In this document: piece after piece, positions 1 to 12,477 of the stretch
How the letters are laid out: each line of letters opens with the position of its first letter
How positions within the stretch are numbered: position 1 is the first letter of the stretch
NCBI RefSeq assembly: GCF_006345805.1
Contig: NW_021833907.1
Location: forward strand, 1 to 56,240
DNA length: 56,240 nucleotides
DNA from: Octopus sinensis
Taxonomy: Eukaryota
Direction of reading: 5' to 3'
Notes under the pieces: generated by a model
Seen by the model: the letters and a program-made list of their open reading frames with translations, nothing else
What the model was told of the DNA's origin: nothing
The model's database searches: none
Translations under genes and position numbers: made by a program

Positions 1-549
1 TGGTGAGAGATTATTTATTTCATATCGCTTCATTGTCACAAGAAGTTGAATGATAATATCGAAACACGAAGGAGAATATTGAAATAAGAAATGGAGCAGG
101 ATGTAAAAATATAAAATAAAGGAATAATATAGTCACATTTCACACATAACTACACTTATAAATGAACATACACATATACTTCAGCTAAAAATATTTGATG
201 CAAACATGTAAACTCACAAACGTTACCATTTCTAATACAAATTCATATCAAAATCATTGAAATTTGGGGAACAAAAATGATTTATTTAGATGCGAATTGA
301 ATCAAAGCAACTACAATAAAGGAACATTATATTCTTCCTATTATTTCAATTTCTCTCTCAAATTCTCTCTCTTTCTTTCACATTGTCTCGCTCTCTCATA
401 TTCTCTTTGCATATTCCTAAATCTTGTTCATTCTACAAATTTGAATTGATTTTGTTCGGGGCAGTCTGAAATGTTATACATTTGTGAGCTTATATTTGAG
501 CATCAATTATTACTTTCGGATAATAGTATCAAGAAACTGAAGAACTTAC

Positions 550-621
550 AATTCTTTTAAATTGGAAAGCCCTTTGAATGTACCGTCTTTGATGGTTGAA
601 ATGTTGTTGGCACCAAGATTT
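550..621 (-). CDS. 72-nt LRR exon (phase 2-2) of a minus-strand LRR-protein gene: NLGANNISTIKDGTFKGLSNLKEL
   Basis: Acceptor ttctttactgctatAG and donor GTAAGT flank exactly 72 nt. The translation fits the extracellular LRR consensus LxxNxIxxIxxxxFxxLxxLxxL. Confidence 0.9.
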
Positions 622-699
622 CTATAGCAGTAAAGAAAGAGTAAAATAGATTATATGGAAAATATTTGTGACACGACATCAAACACTGTGACTTTAGAA

Positions 700-1470
700 T
701 GAAAGGAAGAAAAAGAAGAAAGATAACGAAGAAAAAGAAGAAGTAGAAGGAGGAGGAGGAGAAGAAGAAGAAGAAGAAGAGGAGGAGTAGAAGAAGAAAC
801 TAGAAGAAGGAGAATTGGGCAGGAGGTGGAGGGGGCGGAAGAGAAGAAGAGAAGGTGTGGTGGGGAGGTTAGGAGGGAGGTCCAAGGAATGGATGACTGA
901 GGAGCGGCAGCTGGGGGTAGAAGCAGAAGGAGCAGGAAGAGCATGAGAATGAGAATAAGAGGAATAATTGGCAGAGAATGGAAAAGAGGGAGACCAGTGA
1001 CGAAGCAGAAAGTACAGAGAAGAAAAGAAGAAGAAAAGAAGAAGAGGAAGAGAATGAAAAACAGAAGAAGAATACAATAAGTAGAAAAATAAGAAGAAAA
1101 AGAAGGCTAGAGAAGACAAAAGATGAAGAGTAGAACACGAAGAAAAGTAACAAGAAGAAGAAGAAGATGAAGTAAGAAGAAGAAGAAGAAAAGAAGAAGA
1201 GAAAGAAGACGACGAAGAAGAAGAGGAACATGTAGGAGATGAAGAAGGAAAGAAGAAGACGAAGAAGAGAAGTAGAAGAAAATAGAAGAGAAAGAAGGAA
1301 ATTGAGAAAAAAGGAGGATGAGTAGGACGAAGAAGAGGGGAGGTTGAGGAGGAGAATTGCAATAATAATAAGAAGAAGAGAAAAAGGAGGAGAAGGAGTG
1401 GAGGAGGAGGCTGAAAAGATAATTACAAGAAGAAGAACAAAACAACAACAACAACAATAACAAAAAAAAT
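700..1470. repeat. Degenerate (GAA/GGA)n purine-rich microsatellite, intronic
   Basis: Directly visible low-complexity tract. It accounts for the spurious poly-F/S/L/E ORFs. Confidence 0.95.
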
Positions 1471-1805
1471 TATCTCGGTGGAAGTGTGGATAAATAACCA
1501 CACGGCACCACAGAATCAAACGAGAACAATGTGTAAGAAAATAGTAGCTTAAACCTTTATATTAATAGTGCAGATACATACATACATATGAACATACACA
1601 TATATTATTTAAGGAATACATTTTATGCAGACAATTATCAACTGACAGTCATTGAATGTTCACACTCAATCAAATAAATATAACACGAATATGAGAACTG
1701 AATATGATACAGTAATAGAGAGTGAGGAAAACATGGAATAGGGATATTAAATTTAAAGACATAGTATATTCCTCATGTATAAACGAAAACATTGAAAGAA
1801 CTTAC

Positions 1806-1877
1806 AATTTCTCTAAGCTGTGAAGGCCTTGAAACATCTCTTTTTCAATCCTTGAATTTTTATTGTAGGAAAGATCT
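1806..1877 (-). CDS. 72-nt LRR exon (phase 2-2): DLSYNKNSRIEKEMFQGLHSLEKL
   Basis: Acceptor ttcctgcttcAG, donor GTAAGT, 72 nt, LRR consensus in the same phase as the other exons. Confidence 0.88.
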
Positions 1878-1974
1878 CTGAAGCAGGAAACAATATTGGT
1901 TAGATTGACATAGTGTAAATTGCGATAACATATTCAATATTGTTCTTTATGAAAAGGGACAAAATTATTGGAAA

Positions 1975-2530
1975 ATAATACGAGAAGAAGAGGAACAAGA
2001 AAGAGATTGAGGAGAAGAAGAAGAAGAAGAAGAAGGAGAGGAGGGAGAAGGAGAAAGGAAGAAGTCAAGGAGGAAGAGAAGGGGTGAGAAGAAGTAGAAG
2101 AAGGAGGAGTTGGAGGAGCAGGAGGAGGAGGAGGAGGAGGGGAGGTGAAGAAGGATGAGAACAGGGAAGGACAAGGAGATGCAGGAGGGGGAGGAAAATA
2201 GGAGGAGGTGCAGAGGGTAGAGTATAAGAAGATATAGAAGATTAAAAAGTGGAGGAAGAAAAGAAAAAGAAGGAGGAGAAGGGAAAAGACAAAAATAGGT
2301 GGAGGCGGAGGAGGAGGAGGAAGGGGAAGATAAAGAAGAAGACAAAGGGGAAGGAGGAGGAGGAAGGAGAAGTAGAAGAAAAAGAAGGAGGAGAAGGAGG
2401 AGGAGGAGAAGTAGGAGTAGAAGAAGAAGAAGAAGAACATGTAGAAGAAGAAGAAGGTGAAGAAGAAGAAAAAGAAGTAGAAGAAGAAGAAGAAGTAGAA
2501 GAAGAAGTAGAAGAAGAAGAAGAAGAAGAT
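1975..2530. repeat. Degenerate (GAA/GGA)n purine-rich microsatellite, intronic
   Basis: Directly visible. Confidence 0.95.
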
Positions 2531-2895
2531 GACACTTTCAAAATCATGGTGTTCAAGAAGACGAAACTGAAATTGTTCTTAAAATATCAGGAAATAATTC
2601 AAGGACAGATTGAAAAATTTTGGGCGAGAAGACATGGCTGGAAAATCAGGAAATATACGGAATCAGAAATCAACATATTCAAATACACTCATACGCATTC
2701 TTATATTCATAGTATCAACGACGGAATGCGGTATGCACACTCACATCACACATATTCCCACTCACACTTGTGGAAATATGGTGAGAGAGATTATTTATTT
2801 CATATCGCTTCATTGTCACAAGAATATTAGAAAACACACGCTTACAAGAAATATATCAGCAGTTTAATTGTATCAGGCCAAATATTCCAGCTTAC

Positions 2896-2982
2896 AAGTA
2901 CAGTAAGTATTTCAGGTTTACAGATAGAATGTATGTGACTATATTATTCGAATATATATTTTCCGCTTCCACTTCAGTTGCT
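2896..2982 (-). CDS. Possible atypical 87-nt LRR-like exon (phase 2-2): ATEVEAENIYSNNIVTYILSVNLKYLLYL
   Basis: Donor TT|GTAAGC in the same phase as the other exons, acceptor tttatgtaatAG, open frame, LxxNxIxxI...LxxLxxL-like pattern. The length is non-canonical. Confidence 0.4.
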
Positions 2983-3527
2983 CTATTACATAAATAACGT
3001 GAAGTGAATGACAAAATTCGAAGTTGAATGATAATATCGAAACACGAAGGAGAATATTGAAATAAGAAATGGAGGAGGATGTAAAATATAAAATAAAGGA
3101 ATGATATAGTCACATTTCACACAGAACTACACTTATATATGAACATACACATATACTTCAGCTAAAAATATTTGATGCAAACATGTAAACTCACAAACGT
3201 TACCATTTCTAATACAAATTCATATCAAAATCATTGAAATTTGGGGAACAAAAATGAGTTATTGAGATGCGAATTGAAACAAAGCAACTACAATAAAGGA
3301 ACATTATATTTTTCCTATTATTTCACTTTCTCTCTCAAATTCTCTCTCTTTCTTTCACATTGTCTCGCTCTCTCATATTCTCTTTTTATCTCCCTAAATC
3401 TTGTTCATTCTACAAATTCGAATTGATTTTGTTTGGTGCAGTCTGAAATTTTATACATTTGTGAGCTTATATATCAGCATCAATTATTACTTTCGGAAAA
3501 TAGTATCAAGAAACTGAACGAACTTAC

Positions 3528-3598
3528 AATCCTTTAAATTCGAAAGCCCCGTGAATGCACCTTCTTTGATGGTTGCAATGTTGTTCCATTGCAGATAT
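3528..3598 (-). CDS. LRR exon (71 nt as written; probably 72 with a homopolymer error): YLQWNNIATIKEGAFTGLSNLK(x)L
   Basis: Same acceptor and donor as its paralog at 550-621. One base is missing in the AAAG/GAA run near the 3' end. Confidence 0.85.
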
Positions 3599-4015
3599 CT
3601 ATAGCAGTAAAGAAAGAGTAAAATAGATTATATGGAAAATATTTGTGATACGATATCAAACACTGTGACTTCAGAATGAAAGGAAGAAAAAGAAGAAAGA
3701 TAACGAAGAAGAAAAAGAAGAAGAAAGATAACGAAGAAGAAGAAGAAGAAGAAGAAGAAGAAGAAGAAGCAGAAGGAGAAGAAAAAGAAGAAGCCAGAGG
3801 AGAAGAATATCTTAACGTGGAGCCGTTTCATGTTTATTTCCTACTTGACTTGCACAACCTCGAGTATCCGCTTCGCCTCTCTATGTACCAACACACACAT
3901 CCACACACATCCACACACATACACGCACATATACGCACATACACACATATATGCTCAGAAATATACACACATATATGCTCAGAAATATACACACATATGT
4001 ATATCTACCTCTGGG

Positions 4016-4760
4016 GGCGAGTACGTGTGCGAACCTCGTCCCCGTAGTGGTGTCCTTTTATCTGTCGATACAGTTTATTATCGAATCTAAAGGTGTTGTC
4101 TTCTAGTTCCCGGCGTGTGTCTTTGGAAATGCGTTTTGAAGCGTTCGTCCATCCGTCCGCTATGTTTTTCTACCCAGTGTTTGATTGCTTCCAGGCCCAA
4201 AGTGTGATGTATTTGTACAAAGATTAGTCAAATCTTTTAAGTATAGTACGTTCTGGGACAGTGGGTGGAATGTGTTTGATGAAATCCATATCGTCTCGGG
4301 TATAGCTGGGCATTAATGGGCACAACGGTTTGAGGAGTATATCCAAAAGATAGCTCAGGTTGTTGTGTTGGGGCTCAAGGTCCAGCAACTGTTGGTCTCA
4401 ATTTGATGTCAGTAGGTCTTAGTATTTTTATATGCTGATCCTTGCATTTTGGAGCATTCGCAGATCTTGGGTGATCCATAGAAATTACTCTTTTCATTCA
4501 TTACAGAGCTGCATAAATAATCTTTCTCTTTATCTGTGAACGAACGTTGGTATTCATTTATCAGACTTTTTGAGTGTATTCACTATTACTTTCTCCGCGT
4601 GTCTTGGTTCTTCCTTGTAGCAGGATTAGTCTGTTTCCAATATTTTATCTTTATAGTAGTCTTGGTCCGTGACTGCTATCACCCTTCCCCAATCGTTCTT
4701 TTAGGATGATTGAATTGTCATTTTCAGTTTGTAAGGCTTCTTTTCGTCTTCACGAAGGTT
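4016..4760 (-). mobile_element. Old, degenerate PLE RT fragment (a different family from the 15-25 kb element), in an LRR-gene intron
   Basis: Frameshifted translation gives PLE RT-like segments: LK(N)DNSII..D.G...DYYKDKI, LRPTVAGP..PT, LLKPLCP..PSY.RDDMDFI, LGLEAIKHWV, EDNTFRFDNKLYRQIKG..GTRFA. Confidence 0.75.
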
Positions 4761-7111
4761 CTGTTTGCATTTTACGTATATTTTATTATATAAGATATAA
4801 AACAGATTAAGAAGTCATACGTAAGTATGAATGGAAAACACACATGCATGTAAAATATGAGAAAAGAATGGATGTTCAAATATTTGTGATTTGAATTAGA
4901 TTTACAAAGCCTTCGTTGCAACATCAGTTTTCAGTGGAAGATATTTTTATCATCTCAGAAGTCAGCTTTATTTATATATCTTGTTTCTGTCCAATGAGCA
5001 TTCTATTTGTTATTACACTTTGCTGTCAAAAGTAATTTATCTTTGCAAAATAAACTCCTTTCCTTTGCGTAATTGATGCATAAAGTTCTTCACAAAAATA
5101 AATAAACCCCCAAAACTTCAAGACTGAAATAATAGACTAGGAAGGAAAACATAACAGAAATAGAAAGGGATTTATTATAGAATTGGTGATGGTAGAGTGG
5201 GAAACCCTGATTTAATTTTGAGTTATGTGCTACAAAGGAGAACAACCTTACATGGTGATTTAACTGGCTTAGGTGTTTATTTAAAAAAGGGATGTGACAA
5301 CATACATTGCCTTAGTTTTTTCGTCTTTTTTAGCCCTTTGCTCCTTACTCTTGCTGTATTAAACCTCAGTTTGTTACCATTATTAGCCATCTATGCTAAA
5401 TCCTTCATCCCCTAAATAGCATCCCTGTTAATCATTCCTGTAAAGGTTAACCTGCAACAGCTCAAACGGAATATTAATGATATCTGTCTCACAAGTATTA
5501 GGGATCTTGCAGGGGTTAAAAAACTTGTATGATCCTTTCTCCAAAATCGGTAAAATAAAAAGTGTGGAATTTTAACTCAGGTCACAGACAACTGGACAAT
5601 ATACTGCAAGGTGTCTTATTCGAGGTCCTCATAGTTGCATTTGTTCATTGAACTGTTATGGTTCTTTATTGATCTCTGAAATGAATGACCCAAGGTTGAC
5701 CTTGGCGGGACTTGAAGTCAGATTGCCGTGTGTCAGAACGCAATGTATTCTGCTAGACGGTCAAAAGATTTGTGCCTATCCTCGCTCAAGTTATGAACGA
5801 TGAAAATATCTAACTTATTAAACAGAACTTCAACTTTACTATTCAACATCTTGAGTTATACGAGATTTAGGGATTCCATTATTGAAACTTTCTCTTTATT
5901 TTACATTAGGATTCTCATTTTGTCAAAACGTTCCAAATGTTTTGAGAAATAGATCTGATCGAATGAATTGATCCACTTAGTATTAGAATAATTTGATTAA
6001 AACTGAAAGTTTAAGGTGATTAATGCAACGATGCAAGCCAATTAACTGGAAATAATCACCTGGAAGAGCAATGTGTTCCAACAGAGTATTTGTTATGATT
6101 GCATGTATCAAATAATTACTCTTTTTTATTCTATTCCATTTCTTGAGACATTAAATTTTAATAATTTACTTAAAAATTACGTAAGTTTTCAGGTGAACGG
6201 GGATACATCAATCAGCCGAAACTTCAATTAAGCTTGCATAATTTTGTAATAAGTTTTATTGTGTTCATGATAGGGTAAATTTTACTGATGACATTCTATC
6301 AAAAATAAATTCCTCATAATTTGTTAAAATAACACTATTTTGATTTCTTCACTTAGGTATTTTAAGAATTTGGTAATTTAAGCGGATCTCGTCATTATCT
6401 GCTGTTTAATCCATCTGTTTCATTTTTAATTATAAAAATAATCATTTCTTCTATAGGAACAAACCTGAAATTTTGGGAAAGGGACAAGTCCTTTACATTG
6501 ATCTCAGAGAAATTGCTATTTATTTTACCGACTCCAAAAAAGAATGAAACAAAGTCAACCTCGACAGAATTTAAAATCGAAACGTAAAGACGAACGAAAT
6601 ACCGCTCAACATTTTGTCTGGCGTGTGCACAACGATTCTGATAGCTCGCTGCATTTCTATTATAAAATTAACACAAAGAATAATTAACTTATTCTTGTGA
6701 CAACACGATCAACTGATATTATATCATATTACTGTAATAATAAGCAACAATTCAACTAATTAATGATATAATATAACTATGTGGAATACACGTTTTCTTA
6801 GCACTAAAGTTTTTATACTGTCCGTTCATTGAATATACCGTAAGATTTGATAAGTTCAGACAAATGACATCAAAGTTAGATACTAGTCATATCCAATCTC
6901 TGTGTATGCGATGTTATATATTATAAATTCAATATGGTAGGAAACAGTTTATTTGACTTCACAGCAGGTAACTTATCGATTTGTTTTACTCTAACATAAG
7001 ATTGTGCTTAAAGCTGTGAGATAAACAGCATAAGCGATTAGCTGAGAACATAATCAATGAGAATTTAAAATATTGGATATGGAAAATACGTAGAAAGTGT
7101 CAAATACTTAC

Positions 7112-7302
7112 AAATATTCAACATTCGTCGGAATTGGTTGTGGAATTGATAGTAAATTGCGACCTACACAATTTATTCTCGTTGTAAGTGAATTGCAAGT
7201 ACATATCTTGCATATATCTGAATCAGCTTGAGTCTCCAAAAACAATATCGTACACAGTATCAACACAAGAGACCGTCTATATGATACTACGTGGTGAAAC
7301 AT
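7112..7302 (-). CDS. First coding exon of the LRR gene: signal peptide + LRRNT cap
   Basis: MFHHVVSYRRSLVLILCTILFLETQA (signal-like), then DSDICKICTCNSLTTRINCVGRNLLSIPQPIPTNVEYL (CxxCxC...C..RNL.SIP..IP LRRNT). Phase-2 donor TT|GTAAGT at 7111. A polypyrimidine+CAG acceptor at 7323 implies an upstream 5'UTR exon. Confidence 0.9.
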
Positions 7303-7853
7303 ATTGCCAGGCGTAGATTTATCTGTAAAAGAAGAAAATAGGAAATGTCAGAGATTTCAATGTTATTAACTTCAAATTGCAGATTCTCTGAAGGAACTAA
7401 AATTCACCCCTGTTCCACATGACAAATATTTTTTGTTTTCATGATTGGATATTTAAAGCTAAAAATTAAATTTCGATAAATTAGTGTGAAGAAATTTATA
7501 AAAATATTATAGCTTTAACGCGTAATAATATCAAAGAAAACACCAAACTCACACACACAAACACAAACGCACTCCTACACACATCTGTAACCATACTCGG
7601 AGGGGGGTCTAATATATATATATACAAAACTAGCGAACCATGAGTTTCGTAGACCCTAAATACGCAGTGGTTGTAAACCTGGTTGGGTCGTTAAATCCGA
7701 TGGGACCCCACAAGCAACTGTATTGTATCAAAGGATTTTTCCTGTACCCCAGTTTTAGAAGCGTTCATACAAAGTTTTTCCTTAAATAAACTATCATGAT
7801 TTCATTTTACTTACTTTTTTTTACTGAAAACAAGAATAAAGCATGAACGTAAA

Positions 7854-8787
7854 TCTATATAATAAAACTCAACTTGTGTGTCTATCTGTGTATCTGTGTG
7901 TGTGTGTGTGTCTTTTACTTACTTCCCGGCACATCTCCTCCTAGCCAACAAATCGTAGAACCACCAACATGGGTCACTTAAAGTTTAGGCGAATGAAAAT
8001 TGAACTGCGCTATTTCTGTTCCGAATTCATCTCGCAAGTGCAAAAATCGATAATGTGTTTGTTTAGGCCTTCTCCATGCATTGAATAGTGAACTTTACTC
8101 AGTCAGCTGTTTGACGTGAACTGTGTTCACCACGCGTGCAAGCATGCGTAAATTGCATGAAAAATAAAAAAGCAAGACGAATCGCCGTAAACATTGTAGA
8201 AATTCGGCAAAGAAATGAATTTTCGGGATGTAGCCCGGAGGGTTTTTCCCTATTAATCGTTTGGACTTTGTGAACTCATACCAATTGTTTTCATACCATT
8301 TTTACGCTTTGAATTAAATGTGACCATTTTGCGTTGAGTCTGCAGTTTGAATCACTAACCAATTTTAGCAGGTGGATTTTTGATCATCACGATACATCGC
8401 CAGCGACTCCCTGAACTCTCCTCTGATATCCTCGTTGAGAAATACTGATCTAAAAGAATAATTCAACAATGCAATTTTCTGTATGTTATATGTGTTTGTA
8501 AATCCTGGTGTTTTTGTTATGTATTTGTCTGAATAATTTTTTATCATGCCTAATGCACTTACTATGATAGGAATTGTTTCTGTTTTTAGATTCCTCGTTC
8601 GAGTTACCTCTATTTCCAGGTCTTTGTATTTTGAAAGTTTTTCCATTTCTTTATTGTTATTATTAATTTGTGTCGGTTTTGGAGACTAGTTGTTCGGAGC
8701 TCTAAGTTTTCTTTAGAATTTGTTGTTACAATGTTGTTTTCAAAATTTTATTGACCACAGAACCCACCTCGCTGTAAGCGGGGCTAG
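7854..8787 (+). mobile_element. Possible non-autonomous Helitron-like element
   Basis: 5' TCTATATAATAAAA after an A, then a (TG)n tract. The 3' end has a short hairpin (ctcgc-tgtaa-gcggg) followed by CTAG. The base after CTAG is C rather than the canonical T. Confidence 0.3.
8461..8650 (-). mobile_element. 3' fragment of an R4/Dong-type non-LTR retrotransposon (restriction-like endonuclease C-terminus)
   Basis: EKLSKYKDLEIEVTR..NLKTETIPIIVSALGMI...NIQKIALL matches the K.KY.DL..E....W......IP.V.GALG......QK..LL motif. Confidence 0.75.
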
Positions 8788-9859
8788 CTGCGGTGACCAG
8801 AATTCGCCCCTTAAAGGCGAATTTTGAGTTTTAAAACCTACAAATTTATATTTTAAAAAGAAAAAGTTCAGTCTGGCTTCCCAAATCGAGGCAATAAAGG
8901 TTCTTACATCATCCGTTTTGACATTTTGTCACCTCCGCTTGTTAATATTTTTGAGAAACAAAGCAAAGACAGCAGCAGCAGCAGTAGTAGTAGCAACAAC
9001 AACAACAGCATCACAACCATCAGCACCAACAAAAACATAACAGAAAAATGAAGAGGAGGCAAGGAATCAATCCACTTTGACCCTAAAAAAGAAGACACAC
9101 CACCAGAAATAGACAGCTGATTCTTGGTGGTAGATGTCCTCTTGGACATATAGGCAAAACGAGCATCTTACAGATGCGGAAACTTTACAAACAAACTATT
9201 CGGGTCAAGGCCTAAAATTGTGGGTGAAAATGGACAGCCAAAGTCTGGACACAATTCCAGATATCATAAATTCACACGTTGGCACCAACCTCCACGTGGC
9301 CTTTGAAAGCTGATGGTTTCGGTATCATCTGTGTGGGAACACAAATCATCTAAAATTCTTCTATTGCCCACAACAAATTAGAGAAAGGAGCCTCTCAATT
9401 TTGCCAACATCATCAACACCACCACCACAGCAACAATAACAACAATAGCAACAGCACCAACAGAGGCAGGTGACGATCGCGGCTACAAAATCAATAGTAA
9501 CAGTAGCAGCAACACTAATCGCAGCAGCACGGGCAGCAGCAAAACCAACAGCATCAACCCCGGTCCCCGCCACCAAAAAAGCAACAACGTTATGAATAGG
9601 AAACGCCAAAAAGCTCTACAAGATTTGCCCCTCCCCTGTTCGGAGCACTCAGACATACCTTGCGCGGATAGGGACGACGAAAGACAAAAATGGCAAGTAG
9701 TCGCCTGAACACACAAAAGAAAAAGAAACAGAACCCAAAACACACAGACAATACAGACATAGACTTGCCCAAATGCATCAATAAATTAACATTGATATTT
9801 TTTCACCGTTGTTGCAATCATCTGAAATGGAACTGTCAAAGCGAGATCTTCGAAAAAAT

Positions 9860-10695
9860 TTTGTTGATAAAAGGCAAGTCATAAAAAGGGCTATTTCTAG
9901 TTACAAAAAAAGCACTTCTGGTTTTGTTCAAATGCTTGGAACCAACAATGAAGCTAAATAATGTAGTTAGACAATTGCTTAATGTATAGTTGAGAAAGGT
10001 AAACCTTTTACAGCCCGAGAATTTATCAAAAAAACTTTTTTGAGAATTGCTAAAATTGTGTTCAGTGTTTAAGCAAACGCTGAAAAAATACTGTCTCGAA
10101 TTCAAGAAATACCAACTTCTGCATGATCAGTTGAGAGACGTATAACTGATATAGCTGAAAACATAATTATAACACAGAAAGTTAGATTACAAAATGCTGC
10201 TGCATTCAGTGACCCCTATCGATGAAAGTACTCAAGTGAATGACATGGCGCACCTAGCAATTGTTGCAAGATACTGGGACAATGATCGTATTTACGAAGA
10301 ATCATGTTGTTTGATTATTCTCTTACCAATACATCTACAGGACAGGACATTCTGACTGCATTTCTAAATTATTTCGAAAATCAAGCTATTAATACAAATA
10401 AAATATTTTGTATTACTACTGGTGGTGCACGTGCAGTGGTGGAAAGGAAAAAAAGATTTATTAAGTGTCTTGAAAATCACATTTCACGCAGTGTAATGTG
10501 TTTTAATTGCATTGTACATCAGGAAAATTTAGTTGCAAAACTTTCGTCACACAAAGCTTGAGTTCTGTCGTGGAAAACTGTTGTTAAAATAGTTAACTTC
10601 ATGGTTTCTTGCTCTTCACTGACTCACAGACAATTTAAGTTCTCTTCTGCAGGAACTGGACAGCGAATATGCAGACTTCCACTTCACAGTAAAGT
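9860..10695 (+). pseudogene. Degenerate hAT transposase fragment (GTF2IRD2/Charlie-like)
   Basis: Across frameshifts: KGKPFT..EFIK, IQEIPTSA.SVERRITDIAEN, FS...DEST.VND.AHLAI.ARY, NTSTGQDI..AF, ITT.GA, FNCIVHQENL.AK, V.KIVNF, SLTHRQF..LLQELDSEYADFPLHSKV. Confidence 0.85.
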
Positions 10696-12407
10696 CCTGC
10701 AGCGTAGACTCGGTTAAAATTTCTCTCTCCCATTTATTATATATACGTGCATTCGAGAGTAGCACGGAACAGCTAGCCTTTTGCCGCTATTTGGATCCCG
10801 TTCTGTCCACTACTCTGATTAGTTGGTATTGGCGCAATTTGTCGCGCCAAACTGCCGCGTATAACCAGTCGGAGTCAGCCTGTTCTCTACCCCGTTTTGG
10901 CCTATTTCTCCTTATAAAAACTCTCCCCCTTTTCTCCTTTCGTCTTTTGGTTCCAGACCTTTTAAGGACTAGCCTCTGACCACAAAGACACAGCCAGTTC
11001 CAGAGACTTACCAACTTTGTCCAACAGCATTCCAACAACCTCCATCGTCGTCGCTATCACCATGTCCTTAACGTCTTCAACATCATCTCTCTATGTACAC
11101 AGCTCTGCAAGCGATGCACCCAGGTTCCAAACACTTCACTGTTCATGAATTACTTCATCATGGGTCAACAACAAATATACAACCAGTATGAATTCCTGTA
11201 CAAGTTACCCAGGCAGCAGCATCACAGCCACGACATCACGTTCAACATATACCTCTAATTGTCTCCTACATCTATGAACCATACGCATACATTCTGTTCT
11301 CATGACGGCATGTCTATCGTTCAGTATACATGATGCACACACAGACACATCTGTTAACATATCAATAAATCTTCTTTTAATCATTCTACGCGGTTGTCTC
11401 CTTTATCCATCTGGCAAATAGATGGTACTATCAATTTTCTCTTTATTGTAAGGGCTTGTGATGTGGTACTAAAGAGCCATTCTTGTCAACTCGCATCGCA
11501 CGGTCCTTACAGTCCGTTGGCTTTGTCGGGGTAATGTTTTGAACGATTTGTATCATGCTTAGAAGAATATTTCTTGAAACAACTTATCCTTTCATTTCTC
11601 AGAGGTGCTGAAGTCCAATTACTCGACTTTCGACCTTCCCCACAAAAACACAACCACGGCCTTGTACCTAATCCAGAAACCACTTAGTAGGTGGCAATCT
11701 AGGATTTTAGGACAAAGAATTGCAACGCGGTGTCATATGTAATCATGTATGATTATAGAAAGATGCATGAGGATATATATACATACACAAACGCGCACAA
11801 ATATATGTGTGTGTATGAGTGTGTGTGTGCACATGAGTGTGTGAATCTATGTACATTTGTACATATATATAGATATATATATTATATATATATATATATA
11901 TATACATATATATAATATATATGCATGTATGTATATATGTATGTATATGGCGGGCGTGTGTCTACATGCGTGTGTGAATACATGCACATATGTACGAAGC
12001 GAAACATTCACACACCACACACACACACACGTTATATATATAGGTATATAAATACATAGATATTATTTATACGCATTTAGATGTATAACACACGCATATA
12101 TGTGTATTTTTTTTCTTTAATTCTTTTAATTGTTGAAGTCATTTGCTTGCGCCCATGCTGGAGCACTATATCAAAAGCCTTGAAGCCCAATAAATTGACA
12201 TCAGGGCTTATTCTTGGAAGCCAATACTTATTTTATTGGCCTCTTTAGCCGAACCACAATGGTAAGGAGGGGAGCGTAAAAACCTGCTGTCAAGATATGA
12301 AAGGGTACAAACATAGTCGCAAAGACAGAAACACACATACACAAACAAACTCACACATATATGCATCAATATATATATATATATATATAATATATGTATA
12401 TATATAT

Positions 12408-12477
<70 letters not shown>

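Larger units (their letters stand above)
1..3720. repeat. Intragenic tandem duplication, period ~2.98 kb (1-~730 matches 2779-~3710)
   Basis: Near-identical intron sequence on both sides of exons 550-621 and 3528-3598. A 198-nt segment (2825-3022) is absent from the left copy. Confidence 0.9.

Noticed and set aside
229-312. AG...GT-bounded segment on the minus strand near the LRR exons (paralog at ~3206-3289)
   Set aside because: Stop codons in all three frames.
651-2830. Long ORFs rich in F/S/L/E/K, and the many Y/I/C/V/H/T-rich ORFs elsewhere
   Set aside because: They are translations of GAA, ATT, TA, CA and TG microsatellites; some overlap introns of the LRR gene.
3632-7111. Search for further 72-nt LRR exons between the first coding exon and 3598
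   Set aside because: Candidates near 4900, 5950, 6200, 6850 and 7000 had stops or lacked proper splice sites.
10700-11500. GC-richer block interrupting the hAT fossil, with TATA-like and AATAAA motifs (possible solo LTR)
   Set aside because: No clear TG...CA ends, TSD or second copy; cannot be classified from the sequence alone.
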